A stretch of 64,000 nucleotides of DNA from Octopus bimaculoides (Eukaryota), in contig NC_068986.1 in the NCBI RefSeq assembly GCF_001194135.2, forward strand, positions 56,625,197 to 56,689,196. Direction: 5' to 3'. The notes beneath the pieces are model-generated. The model made no database searches and was not told where the DNA came from. It saw nothing but the letters and a program-made list of their open reading frames with translations. The stretch's first letter is position 1; every line of letters begins with the position of its first letter. A program made the translations under genes and the position numbers. Below, in pieces: positions 11,591 through 23,990 of the stretch.

Positions 11591-12928
11591 AAATATATAT
11601 ACATCTTATATATAATTATTAATTTTGCCCATACAGCTTTTACACTCGCAGACACTAACGTTATTATTTTTAGGAATAATAATTTTCTCTTATATTTATA
11701 AATAACTTTACATGGTTCATTTGTTTCAAATGGCGTTAGGGAATACTGGTAGTTGTCACTTGCAGATCTTGCTGAAGAGAATCGGGTGCATTTCGTGCTA
11801 AATTGGAAATCATGATATCAGATTAACTGACGTTCCGTCTGCATTCTTTGGAGAGGTAAGACGCTCTTCTTATTCAGTAAATTTTTTCCCATCATGCCTG
11901 TATTAATTTAATGATTCTTCTGTGGGTTAGGAGTATTTTGACTTCTATTTTTAGTGAAGCAAGTGCTGATGTAGTACCCTAGGATATATATANNNNNNNN
12001 NNNNNNNNNNNNNNNNNNNNNNNNNNNNNNNNNNNNNNNNNNNNNNNNNNNNNNNNNNNNNNNNNNNNNNNNNNNNNNNNNNNNNNNNNNNNNNNNNNNN
12101 NNNNNNNNNNNNNNNNNNNNNNNNNNNNNNNNNNNNNNNNNNNNNNNNNNNNNNNNNNNNNNNNNNNNTATGTATATATATATATATTCTTTTATTCTTT
12201 TACTTGTTCAGATTTCTTTGACTAAAAACCCTTTAAGGTTAAATACCCTTTAAGGTTTTTTAGTCAAAGAAATCGATTCCTGGACTTATTCTTTGTAAGC
12301 CTATTATTTATTCTATCGTTTTCTTTTGCCGAACTACTTCGGTTGTCAAGAGAAAGAGTTTTAATCAAAAAGAAATTTTAATTCTATTATTCCGTAAAAG
12401 GGTTTTAATCAAATAAATTTTAATTCTATTATTCTGTAAAATAACATTTAATTAGTTTAAATGTACACAAATGCATGAAAATAACTTAAAATTCCATTAG
12501 ACATTCTAAAATACTATTAAATTTCATTCAATTTTAAAGTAGATAAAATCGGACAGAACTTATGGGACGACTTGATACAATCTTATAATAATATAAGATA
12601 ATATAATGAAATGATAGAATATAAAATGTCCATTCTGACAGAACCATGCAACCTGCAGGTTCATGTAGCAGTGTTGACAGTTATGTTTCACAATCTACAA
12701 CTGTAGTGAGATGGCTAAACTGTGTGCCTTAAATACATTTGTATAGGATCCAGAATGTTAGTTTTTGCAAACTGTATTCTGACCAATCAGTGTGTGGCTT
12801 TACTAAATTGCTTAAACTAAATATCAACCAACTAATGTAATTCTTCTATATACAATCATACACAACCATGTGTGTATATATCTACACAAGATAAAAGAGA
12901 AAAAAATACTTGAAGAATCCATGATAAT

Positions 12929-12976
12929 TTAAAACCAACACCTGGGAGAGGAATCACGTGAGACGGCTGAATCCAC
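12929..12976 (-). other. Candidate short terminal coding exon (VDSAVSRDSSPRCWF*) of an unidentified gene
   Basis: Minus-strand pyrimidine tract then ttcag|GTGGAT. Stop at 12929. Followed by ~480 nt of CpG-poor unique sequence and an ATTAAA at 12447-12452. No homology evidence; reading phase is a guess. Confidence 0.2.
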
Positions 12977-13089
12977 CTGAACAGTAGCAGAAAACAACCC
13001 AAACTCGAAAAAAGTGAAGAAAGTTGTCGATGACCTATGCTTCACATACATACATACATACATACATACATACATGCTTGCATGCATGC

Positions 13090-13120
<31 letters not shown>

Positions 13121-13271
13121 CATGCATACATACATACATACTACACACATACATACTACATACATATGTTTATATGTATATACTGCATTCATCATATATA
13201 TATATATTGCATTCACTATATATATATATACATATATACAATATATATATGCATAATATACATGCCTGCAT

Positions 13272-13333
<62 letters not shown>

Positions 13334-14581
13334 TATATGTATATAACAAATACATATCACACCTATACATATGTATGTAAATATATATATATATATATAA
13401 TGATATATATGTATGTATGTATATATTTTTTATATATATACACACACATATATATATATATAATGATATATATGTATGTAGGTGTATATGTGTGGATATT
13501 CCTTTCAGTGTGTGTGCGTATGGATGAGTGTGGTACATGGGAGTGCGTGTGTGACAGAAAGAAAGGAAGAAAGAGGGAGAAAGGGAAGGAAAGAAAAGAA
13601 GAAAAGGTGAAAATGGTGGCTAGAAAGATATAACGTGAGGAAAAAAATAGACTAACGTCTATTTTGATAATTCGTGTAAGGTGTGGTGTTACTCAAGGGA
13701 AAAGATAATGATTCCATTCGGGCTTCTATCTTGTTGCAGACCGAATGCATGATTAAAACATCTATTAACTCTCTCCGTTGGGATAAATTTAGTTCTCCTG
13801 TTGTAGACGAACAGCCGTAATCGGGTTTTTGTTCCTATACAATTGATAAAGCTGTATGATATTTCATTGGTAATTGTATATAAATATTCGGGTGAAATGT
13901 TAACAAACACCCACATACATTCAGACATACACGCCTCCATACACCGATACACATAGAGGCTTTTGATCCTAGGAATTGTAATCTTGGTTCATCTAAATGT
14001 GATATTTAATCCTTGAGTGTAGACAACGACTCAACAAGTCAATAAGTCGTCGGTGCTATGACTGTATTTCTTTGAGGATTAAACAAACAGGAAGCATGTA
14101 TATTAGATATACCACATAACGACATTATAAAATATTGGTCTGAAGTTTTGGCACAAGGCCAGCAATTTCAGAGGATGGGGAAAATCAATTACATCGACCG
14201 CAGTATTCAAATGGTGCTTATTTAATAGACCCCTAAAGTATGAAAGGCAAAGTCCACACATACACACACACACATGTATTTAACAAACATCGTTTAAAGC
14301 GAGATTAACCAAAATAACCGAAGTACTATTTTACGAATCACGAGTAGACGATAACTTTTTTTATGTTTCAGAATCATCTCACTTTTACTTGACAACTATT
14401 AATCTTCGAACTCTTTCCCAAATACGACGCTTAAAGCCAATATTAAGGTGAAGTACATCTCTAAATTCTTTGTTAAACCACCAGTCTTCACATTGTTTGT
14501 TACCATTCTCTTCGCGAAGAATTCATCTGAAGTTTAAGCTGGATGTGCTAGAAACAGCAGCCAAGTCTTACGTGTGAGTAG

Positions 14582-14735
14582 GCGATAGCTTCATTTAATC
14601 ATTGTGTCACTTCAGAAAATTACGTTTCAATAACAATCGTAACTTAAATGGTGTATATAATGATAGTCATGGAAGCAAGCGATACAAATTCATTTAACAA
14701 TTGTGTCGTTTCAGAAAATTACGTTAACAATATTA
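14582..14735. repeat. Imperfect direct duplication, ~98-bp spacing
   Basis: gcgata..ttcatttaa..attgtgtc..ttcagaaaattacgtt occurs at 14582 and 14679. Confidence 0.8.
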
Positions 14736-15063
14736 ATACAGTTCATAATAATGATAACCCTTTCATCATTGCCGACCAAAACTTAGAAAATGCAACTAAT
14801 AATTTAAACAACAATAATATAAGTGTAATTAATAGTGATACAAGGGAAATTTTAAATGGCTCAGCAAGAAAATCCAATAGTCTTTAAAGACTATTGGATT
14901 TTACTCATAAGGTATTAGAATCTTATATGTATACCATTCTGCCTAAATAATGGATTTACAAATACAATATACCTGCATATCTCACATCTATTTTCGTTCT
15001 TCCGACTCACTCTCTATTTCGTATCCTATCTAAATTAACTATTGCTTAACTATCTTCTCACAC

Positions 15064-15113
15064 CGTCTCCGATGAATGGATATAGTAAATAGCCTGGAAA
15101 CAGCTGTAAGACC
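15064..15113 (+). ncRNA. Minimal type-I hammerhead-ribozyme-like motif (PLE-type)
   Basis: Stem I GUCU/AGAC, core CCGAUGA, imperfect stem II (GG.UAU/AUA.CC), GAAA, palindromic stem III ACAGCUGU, GUA cleavage triplet ending at 15108. Confidence 0.5.
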
Positions 15114-15182
15114 TTCTATATATAAATCTTCTAAAATCTCAATACAAAAAGTAAATACTTATATATATATATATATATATAT

Positions 15183-15611
15183 ATAAGAGTGGTACAACAA
15201 GGCACCGATATTTACTGGACAATAGCAATCGATATAAATACGACGCTATTGTATAGCTTCACTGCGTATATACTGGCAAAAATGCGTGTGTGCAACAAAC
15301 ATGAAAAACTTGTCTTACCTTAGGAAGAACATTCGAAATGGACAACCCAGATTAAGGATAATGCAGTACCCAGGACTGATCAGATTTACGTTGTGAAACG
15401 TATCTGAAGAGTCTGAAACCGGGGTACTACATTATCCTTAATCTGAATTGTCCATTTTCGAATGTTCTTCCTAAGGTAAGACAAGTTTTTCATGTTTGTT
15501 GCACACACGCATTTTTGCCAGTATATACGCAGTGAAGCTATACAATAGCGTCGTATTTATATCGATTACTATTGTCCAGTAAATATCGGTGCCTTGTTGT
15601 ACCACTCTTAT
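15183..15611. repeat. Long fold-back (inverted repeat) element: ~190-bp arms around a 50-bp loop, flanked by TA-rich sequence
   Basis: 15183-15371 is the reverse complement of 15422-15611 apart from 4 substitutions and one 1-bp indel found by eye. Confidence 0.95.
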
Positions 15612-15714
15612 GAATTTATATATATATACCCTTATAGGGCTATTTTTTGCTGGAAATTAATACATTTGTATTAATACATTTGTATTGAAATATTTTTCAT
15701 ATATATATATATAT

Positions 15715-16123
15715 ACAACGGGCTTCTTTCAGTTTCCGCCTACCAAATCNNNNNNNNNNNNNNNNNNNNNNNNNNNNNNNNNNNNNNNNNNNNNNNNNNN
15801 NNNNNNNNNNNNNNNNNNNNNNNNNNNNNNNNNNNNNNNNNNNNNNNNNNNNNNNNNNNNNNNNNNNNNNNNNNNNNNNNNNNNNNNNNNNNNNNNNNNN
15901 NNNNNNNNNNNNNNNNNNNNNNNNNNNNNNNNNNNNNNNNNNNNNNNNNNNNNNNNNNNNNNNNNNNNNNNNNNNNNNNNNNNNNNNNNNNNNNNNNNNN
16001 NNNNNNNNNNNNNNNNNNNNNNNNNNNNNNNNNNNNNNNNNNNNNNNNNNNNNNNNNNNNNNNNNNNNNNNNNNNNNNNNNNNNNNNNNGATGGAGATGG
16101 GGACAAACGTAGACACACACACA

Positions 16124-16164
<41 letters not shown>

Positions 16165-16440
16165 CGAGCTTCTTTCAGTTTCCGTTTACCAAATCCACTC
16201 ACAAGGCTTTCGTCGACTGTCTGTATGTGTGCGTGTGTGTGTGTCCCTCACCGCCGCTTGACAACCGGTGTTGGTGTGTTTACGTCCCCGTAACTTAGCT
16301 GATCGGCATTAGAGACCGATAGAATAAGAAATACTGGGCTTATAAAAATAAGTACTGGTGTCAATTCATTCGACTAAAAATTATTGAAGGCGGTGCCCCA
16401 GCATGGGCGCTGTCTAATGATTGAAACAGGTAAAAAAAAA
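15715..16440. mobile_element. SINE family B pieces: minus-strand central parts around a gap, followed by a plus-strand tail
   Basis: ggcttctttcagtttccg.ctaccaaatcc at 15721 and 16167. Tail cgcttgacaaccggtgttggtgtgtttacgtccccgtaacttagc...gattgaaacaggtaaaa at 16250-16440. Confidence 0.8.
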
Positions 16441-17221
16441 AGATATTCAATGTTTATAGAATAACGCACTTCCGTTGGATCTTATAGAATTGAACTTATA
16501 TAGAAATTTGCAAATTATACATACACTGAGAAGAAACTAAGGTTAACCAAATTGTAGACCTGTCATCTTTCGTAAAACGCCAGCAATAATGCAAATGCTC
16601 GCATACATATCGAAAATAATGCCTAAATACGCACAGACTTGCACAGACACGCATAGACACACACAGATACACACACACATACATACACACGCACGCATTC
16701 ATACACACGCACACACACACACTCTCTCTGTCTCTCTCTGTCTCTCTCTCAAGCACACACACAAACTCATATGCACTCACTCATACGTTATCATACGTGT
16801 GTGGCTATTTGATTTTGAAAGGAAAGCAATTTCTTTAATTGTAGGTGTATTATCATGTTACTTTTTTACTTATTTCAGTCATTGGACATGTTTATGCTGG
16901 GGCACTGACCCTAGAACATACTTTTTTTGAAGTCTGATACTTATTCCATCGCGATCTTTTGCCGGATCGCAAAGTTACAGGGACGTAAGCAAAGCAATAG
17001 CGGCTGTCACACTCTCCCGATAAATGTATGACGGGGTTCCACATCGTTTCTCTCTATTAGATTCACTCACAAGGCTTTAGTCGACTCGGAACTAGCAGAG
17101 TGCAATTGCCTAATGTATCGAACATTGAACTGATTCTGGAACCACGTGGCTGGAGAGCGAAACTCTTAATCACATAGTCATTCCTGGAGCTATGGCAGAT
17201 CCAAACATATCACTAGTATCA

Positions 17222-17268
<47 letters not shown>

Positions 17269-17893
17269 CAGCGATAAAAGTCAAAATTGTACCTGATAGT
17301 ATGTGATACAGAAGCTCAGAAAAATGAAAACGAAGATTAAAATAGAAAATAGCACTAAGGCACTTTTTGTATCCATATGATAATAAACATAATGTTTAAC
17401 ATGTTCACTTCCACAAATAAGCATAGAGAAACTAGTGAACCTCATAAGAATCTCAGTAATTCAGGTGCATTCGTTTTAGCGACCACGTAAGAATAAAAAT
17501 GACGTAGGATTGATTTGAACGTAAGGAGCGGCAAATAAATACCGCAAGAAATTTTGACGGACATTCTACCAAGCCTGCTAATCCACATCCTTTGCTATAA
17601 TGCTAATAATAAGAATGATAATAATAAAAAAATATTGATATTGCTATTATTAATATATGAGAGCGAGAAAAAACATAACAACAATACCAAAAGCAGCAAT
17701 GAAAGGTTCTCAAAAACAAAGAAGGAAAAGCAAAATGAAACAGCAGTGGGGGGAAAAAAAATGAAATATAGCTACTTTTATACTATAAAATAAAATCATA
17801 TATGAAATAGGATGAAATCTTTTCAAAATGTATAACAAGGAATATAATAAAACATTAAATAAGGATAAAATCTGAGACCTTTTTATTTAATTC

Positions 17894-17945
<52 letters not shown>

Positions 17946-18499
17946 TATATATGTATATATATACATATATATATGTGTAAATACATATATACATATACAC
18001 ATACATACATACATACATACACACACATATGTACACGTATATGCATGTATATGTATTTATATATGCATGTCTATACATATATATGTGTTCTCTATGTTAT
18101 ATTTATACATTTTTGTTTAACTTTTGTTTTTATTTTCTTGTGTTTATGTTTCTCTGCATTCATATGATTGAAAACGGTGCTCATTCGATTTCGCGTGAAT
18201 GATTAAAAAAAAAGAAAAGAAAGTATTAGGAAATGCTAAGAAAATAAAAATAAAACAAAAAACATTTATGAATTTCGTCAAATAAGAAATATTTATTGAG
18301 ATATTTTCTTTAGAAAACCAACACTGACATACAAAACAAAAATAAAAAACAAAAAATCCGCCACCACAACCACAACCAGTATTATCAAAAGCCACGAACC
18401 ACCAGTACCACCACCCAAACATCAGTAACATCAACTCCTCTAACATCCCGCCTAAAAGAAAAAAAATGGGGAGTAAAGAAAAAAGAAAAACAACAATAT

Positions 18500-18770
18500 A
18501 GTGGCGAAGTTATTTCCGCCATGAAGACGCTACCGTGATGACGTCACGGTGACGTCACGCCACCTACAAGTCGATCGCCTCTAATCCCCAGAATATCTTC
18601 TCCATGTCACGTGTCATGTGCAGGTTAGGCAAGCTAGTCACGCAAGATTGACGACACAACTATAAGATTTCCCGGCTTCTCATATTCAGAGTATGTAAAT
18701 TCTGAATAGTAAATTGAATATGGAGGATAGTTTATAAAAGGATGCCTAATCCGTGTACGGCAATCCATGC
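18500..18770. promoter_or_regulatory. Candidate cAMP-responsive promoter/enhancer: two full CRE sites, E-box, TATA
   Basis: TGACGTCA at 18539-18546 and 18550-18557, GTCACGTG at 18606-18613, TATAAAA at 18733-18739. CpG-rich unique patch in an AT/microsatellite background. Confidence 0.45.
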
Positions 18771-19469
18771 GGAACGTATGTAACACCACCCTCTTACCAT
18801 TCCACCGCTACGACAAGACAAGAACAACAGCAGCACGCTCTTTTACAGTCTCTTTTCTTTTACCCACCATTCCATTCCGTGAAAAACATCTTATTCCTTA
18901 ACCTAAGAAAAATAAGTGAAAAACCCCATACTGTCTTTTCGAGATTCATCTTCAGCATTATCATATATATATATATATATANNNNNNNNNNNNNNNNNNN
19001 NNNNNNNNNNNNNNNNNNNNNNNNNNNNNNNNNNNNNNNNNNNNNNNNNNNNNNNNNNNNNNNNNNNNNNNNNNNNNNNNNNNNNNNNNNNNNNNNNNNN
19101 NNNNNNNNNNNNNNNNNNNNNNNNNNNNNNNNNNNNNNNNNNNNNNNNNNNNNNNNNNNNNNNNNNNNNNNNNNNNNNNNNNNNNNNNNNNNNNNNNNNN
19201 NNNNNNNNNNNNNNNNNNNNNNNNNNNNNNNNNNNNNNNNNNNNNNNNNNNNNNNNNNNNNNNNNNNNNNNNNNNNNNNNNNNNNNNNNNNNNNNNNNNN
19301 NNNNNNNNNNNNNNNNNNNNNNNNNNNNNNNNNNNNNNNNNNNNNNNNNNNNNNNNNNNNNNNNNNNNNNNNNNNNNNNNNNNNNNNNNNNNNNNNNNNN
19401 NNNNNNNNNNNNNNNNNNNNNNNNNNNNNNNNNNNNNNNNNNNNNNNNNNNNNNNNNNNNNNNNNNNNN

Positions 19470-19508
<39 letters not shown>

Positions 19509-19937
19509 AATATATATATGTATACATACACACATATATATTATTTACATATATCTATATATGTGTGTCTGTGGTGTAGCTGTAGATATATATGTTTGTA
19601 TGGGTGTATGTGTATGCTTGTGCATGTTTGTCCATCTCTATTTCTTCGTATATGTTTTTCTCATTTTCATTATTTATAATTTGTTTCTCTTACTTTTCAT
19701 ATCTTTCAAGAAATATATGTACGGTGGTGGGGGAGAAACAGAAACATGGGAAGGAATAAGGGGTGTGGTGGAGGTTGGGCAGTGGAAATAAAGTTGCTTT
19801 TGAAGCTGAGAGTTCTTCAAGTCAACTGATGCTGTATATTGAAAGTTAACTGAGAAAATATCATCTTTCAATTAGAATTTACGTCACATGGAAATAGCTA
19901 TTGAAAATAATCGATATCACTTGTGCAGTCTTCTGGA

Positions 19938-20447
<510 letters not shown>

Positions 20448-20639
20448 CTTGTTTCAGCGAGCAGCAAACTTATATTAATCTTTACGGAAGTTGCTCCAAC
20501 GGTAGTGAAGTAGGCGTGTGGTGGAGAAAATGGGAGAATGTTGCATATGTAATGTCATCTTTTAACTGAAATAAAAAGAATCTCCTTAAAAATAATATGA
20601 CCAACAACAACAACAATAATAATAATGATGATTTCTTAC

Positions 20640-21560
20640 ATTGTCACAAAGCCACAGATTTGTAAAGTAGGAGGCGAGGGCCGTTAGCTTGATTGAATCA
20701 ACCCCAATACACGGTAAGAATTTTTTTTTTCAGCTCAGCGGGATGAAAGACAAAGCTGACCCAGTAGGGATTTGAACTCAGCACATAAAAAGACGCAACT
20801 GAAATACATTCATTTTGGCGTTCTTGACGATTATGCTTGATGATGATGATGATAATACTGATAATGAAAATGATGATGATGATAATGATGATGATGATGA
20901 TGTTGAAGTGGAGGATGAAAAGGACTATAAAATGATGATGTTGATAATGATGATGATGGTGATGATATTGAAGTGAAGGATACAAAGGACTATAAAGTTT
21001 TCCGACATATATTTGATACTAGTTTCAAATTTTGGCACAAGGCTAGCAATTTCACGGGAGAGTGTTAATCGATTACATTGACCCCAGTTCTCAACTCATA
21101 CTTATTTTATGGAATCCCGAAGGATGAAAAGCAACGTCAACCTCGGCGGACTTTAAATTCAGAAAGTAAAGACGGACGAAATGCTGCTAAATATTTTGTC
21201 GGTGTGCTAACAATTCTGTCAGCTCGCCGGTGTTCATATATTTAATAATGATTTCAAATTTTGGCACAAGACCAGCAATTTCGGGGCAAGGGGCTAGTCG
21301 ATTACATCGACCGCAGTGTTCAACTGGTACTTATTTTAGCGAACCCAAAAGAATGAGTGGCAAAGTCGACCACGGAGGTATTTGAAGTCAGAAAATATGG
21401 ACGGACGAAATGCCTCTGAGCTATCTCGCCACCGTACATATATTTTACATTGAAAATTGTTATTACATATTGATCATTATTATCAAATTCTGCCAGCTCG
21501 CCGTTGGTAGAATGGTTACTGCACCAGACAAAATGCTAAGCAGCATTTCTTCCGGCGTTT
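20640..21560 (-). mobile_element. Cluster of SINE family A copies (about 20640-20830, 21021-21228, 21251-21430, head piece 21486-21560)
   Basis: Repeated tttcaaattttggcacaag...gtcgattacatcgac...actggtacttatttt...aaagtcgac...attctgccagctcgcc. Confidence 0.85.
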
Positions 21561-21739
21561 AACTCCAAAATTATAAATAGAAAACTACCTGAGTGAATGT
21601 GAAGTACGGTTTCTTACCGCAGAAAACTCCAATCACTGCATCCGCTGCCATTGTTTGTAACTTATTCCCGAAATACCAACTTATTCTCAGAATAAAGAAT
21701 GCGTAATGGCAAGCGATCTATTATGGCGAATGCCGGACA

Positions 21740-21960
21740 AAGGGGTCAAACAGGAGAGCTAGGAAGAAAGGGTGATAACAAAGTAGTGCACGTGCGTATG
21801 TATAAGAGAGTATGTAAGTGCGTGTGGAAGAAGGCTCGTGACCTTGACGTCTGCGTGTGTGTATGTGTAGATGTGTGGATGTGGGACTGGGAAGTGGTCA
21901 GTGATAGTGTGTGCGTGGTGGTGTGATGTGATGTGATGTGGTGTTGTGTGGTATGGTGGG
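21740..21960 (-). mobile_element. Partial copy of the PLE pseudo-LTR region seen at 7440-7690
   Basis: gagctaggaagaa...gtgcgtatgtataagagagtatgta.gtgcgtgtggaaga.ggct.gt.accttgacgt is shared with 7441-7560. Confidence 0.75.
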
Positions 21961-22160
21961 GATGGAGACAAACACAGACACACAAACACACACATACCTG
22001 CAAACACACACACACTCACACACACATATCCGACGGGCTTCTTTCAGTTTCCGTCTACATAACCCATTCACAAGGCTATAGTAGATGACACTTGGCCAAA
22101 GTCGCATGGAGTAGGGCTGAACCCGGAACCATGTGGCTGGTAAGCAAGCTACATACACAC
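21960..22160 (-). mobile_element. SINE family B copy
   Basis: gacaaacacagacacac...cgacgggcttctttcagtttccgtctac...gctgaacccggaaccatgtggctggtaagcaagctac. Confidence 0.85.
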
Positions 22161-22215
22161 ATATACATGTACATACACACACATGCACATATATACATAT
22201 ATATATGTATAAGCA

Positions 22216-22309
<94 letters not shown>

Positions 22310-22332
22310 CCCACCCACATATAGATAGATAT

Positions 22333-22534
22333 ACATGCTGAAAAGTTCCTAGCTGCAAAGTTGTCACGAAAGGCCTGGTTAGAGATCCAACCTTCCGACT
22401 TCTTGTGCCAAAACTGAACTGCTGTGATAAATGCATGAATCTGAGAGGGGATTGTGTTGAATAAAATCATAATTACGTGAACCTCCTGTATTTTCTTTCA
22501 CTCAAACCTATGAACTTTTCTGCACCCCCCGATA
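22333..22534 (+). mobile_element. Non-autonomous mariner derivative (MITE-like)
   Basis: Inverted termini tgctgaaaagttccta / tatgaacttttctgca. Internal DKCMNLRGDCVE* matches the mariner C-terminal KCxxxxGDYVE motif. Confidence 0.7.
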
Positions 22535-22920
22535 TGTGTGTACGTGCGCGTGCGTGCGTGTTTGTGGTGTGATGTGGTGCGTGTATGTGTGTTTGTGTGT
22601 GTGTGTAATATTCTCCATATGGTGAGAGATGAGATAAATATTATTTATTAGACACAATACATGTTTTTATGTGCTACTAATAGTTTCATATGTTGAGAAA
22701 AACCACAAACATTTTCATTAGGCACAAACCACATATCATAACGAACTAAAAATTAAATGAGAGAAGAAATGCGAAAAGTTGAGAAAGAAGCATATAGAAA
22801 ACGTTAACAGAGGGAAAACGAAAAATGCAAAACAAAAAGTTGAATTTAAAAAGTTAAAAAGTAAAAGAGTTATTATCCTCCTTAGATCTTAAATTATAAG
22901 ATTGGAAAGATATCAAGAAA

Positions 22921-23140
22921 TTAATCAGGTATTAACATATGTTTACAACTCATGACATTTTCAGACCTAGAGTTCAATAGTGAGTTAGGGATCTTAGATC
23001 TGAAAAGGATCTGAGGTCTTTCAGCTAAACATCGCTTATATTTATTTGATCCATTAACATAAGGTGTGATTTTTAAAATTACCTTCCAATTAATCACATG
23101 TGATATTGCATTAGATTTCAAACTCAATATGGACTAACGA
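22921..23140 (-). mobile_element. Penelope-like GIY-YIG endonuclease C-terminal fragment
   Basis: LKSNAISHVINWKVILKITPYVNGSNKYKRCLAERPQILF...LLNSRSENVMSCKH matches the PLE pattern LK...IxWxI...PY..GS..CxLCLxEK..IL...LLNxRSE...CRH. Confidence 0.8.
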
Positions 23141-23199
23141 AAGAAAGTGGCACTCAACATATTTGATAGGATTTACACTTTTAATTACAGTTTGACTCA

Positions 23200-23990
23200 G
23201 CTCCATATGCCTTAAAGTTTTATGGGCGCACAGGGCACGTCCTTCTCATCAAATATCTGAAGAGTAAGAGATGTGAGACAAATTCACCATGTCTTCTAGA
23301 TGTTACGCGTTTATTTGTTAGCTCAGGTTATGTGGTGTTACTGCTGTATAAGTGACATCAGCTCTCTTTTCTATTCTAATGTTGGCGTATGTCAAGAAAC
23401 TCAGTCGTCGCTCGGTGGATTATTAGCACCTTAGTGGCAGTTATCCTTACATGGTAATAACCAAATTTGATGTTGTAAGCATACAGTTGTAATTGGATGA
23501 TCAAGATGGGTGGGAATGTAGTCAATACTGGAGGCAAGAATTGCATACCTATGTGTGTGAGACGGACAGGCCGAAGGGGTGTATTTGGATTGTCTGTTGC
23601 TAGTGGTTTAAAGTTTATTGATAGGTTGTACCTCTTGTGGCAACTGTAAGATAGCTAGTTAATTCTCTCTGTTGACGGATACGGCAGGTTGGGGGATTAT
23701 GTGAAGTCCCTTGCCGCGACATAGTTGGCCATAGCAAATTCAAGGTGAGTGAGAGGGTGTGGGGAAGTCATTACGATGACTGAAAAGTCTCCAGATGAAG
23801 TGGGACAGGGAGGTGGAATTTTGCCTATGCCTGCACCTCTGCTGAGTATATATTCCCTTAAAATCATTGGTTGTCATGACTGTGTAGTATATTGTGAAGC
23901 AATCGGATGGTGTAAAGGTGGTTCTATCGACATAAGAAAGCCGAGGTCATTTGATGAATCTGGCTCCGCACTGATGGTCACTGAGCAATA
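23200..23990 (-). mobile_element. Second, more degenerate Penelope-like 3' fragment
   Basis: Minus strand MTTNDFKGIY...RHRQNSTSLSHFIWRL...GKGLHII...VNRENxL corresponds to the GIY-YIG NSTxLSxxIWxL region. Left boundary uncertain. Confidence 0.6.

Noticed and set aside
14648-14887. 79-aa Asn-rich ORF
   Set aside because: It overlaps an imperfect tandem duplication and AT-rich, probably PLE-derived sequence. No domain or splice support.
18925-18958. Minus-strand CUGAAGA...CGAAA hammerhead look-alike
   Set aside because: The nucleotides that must close stem II (U and C) cannot pair, and stems I and III are absent.
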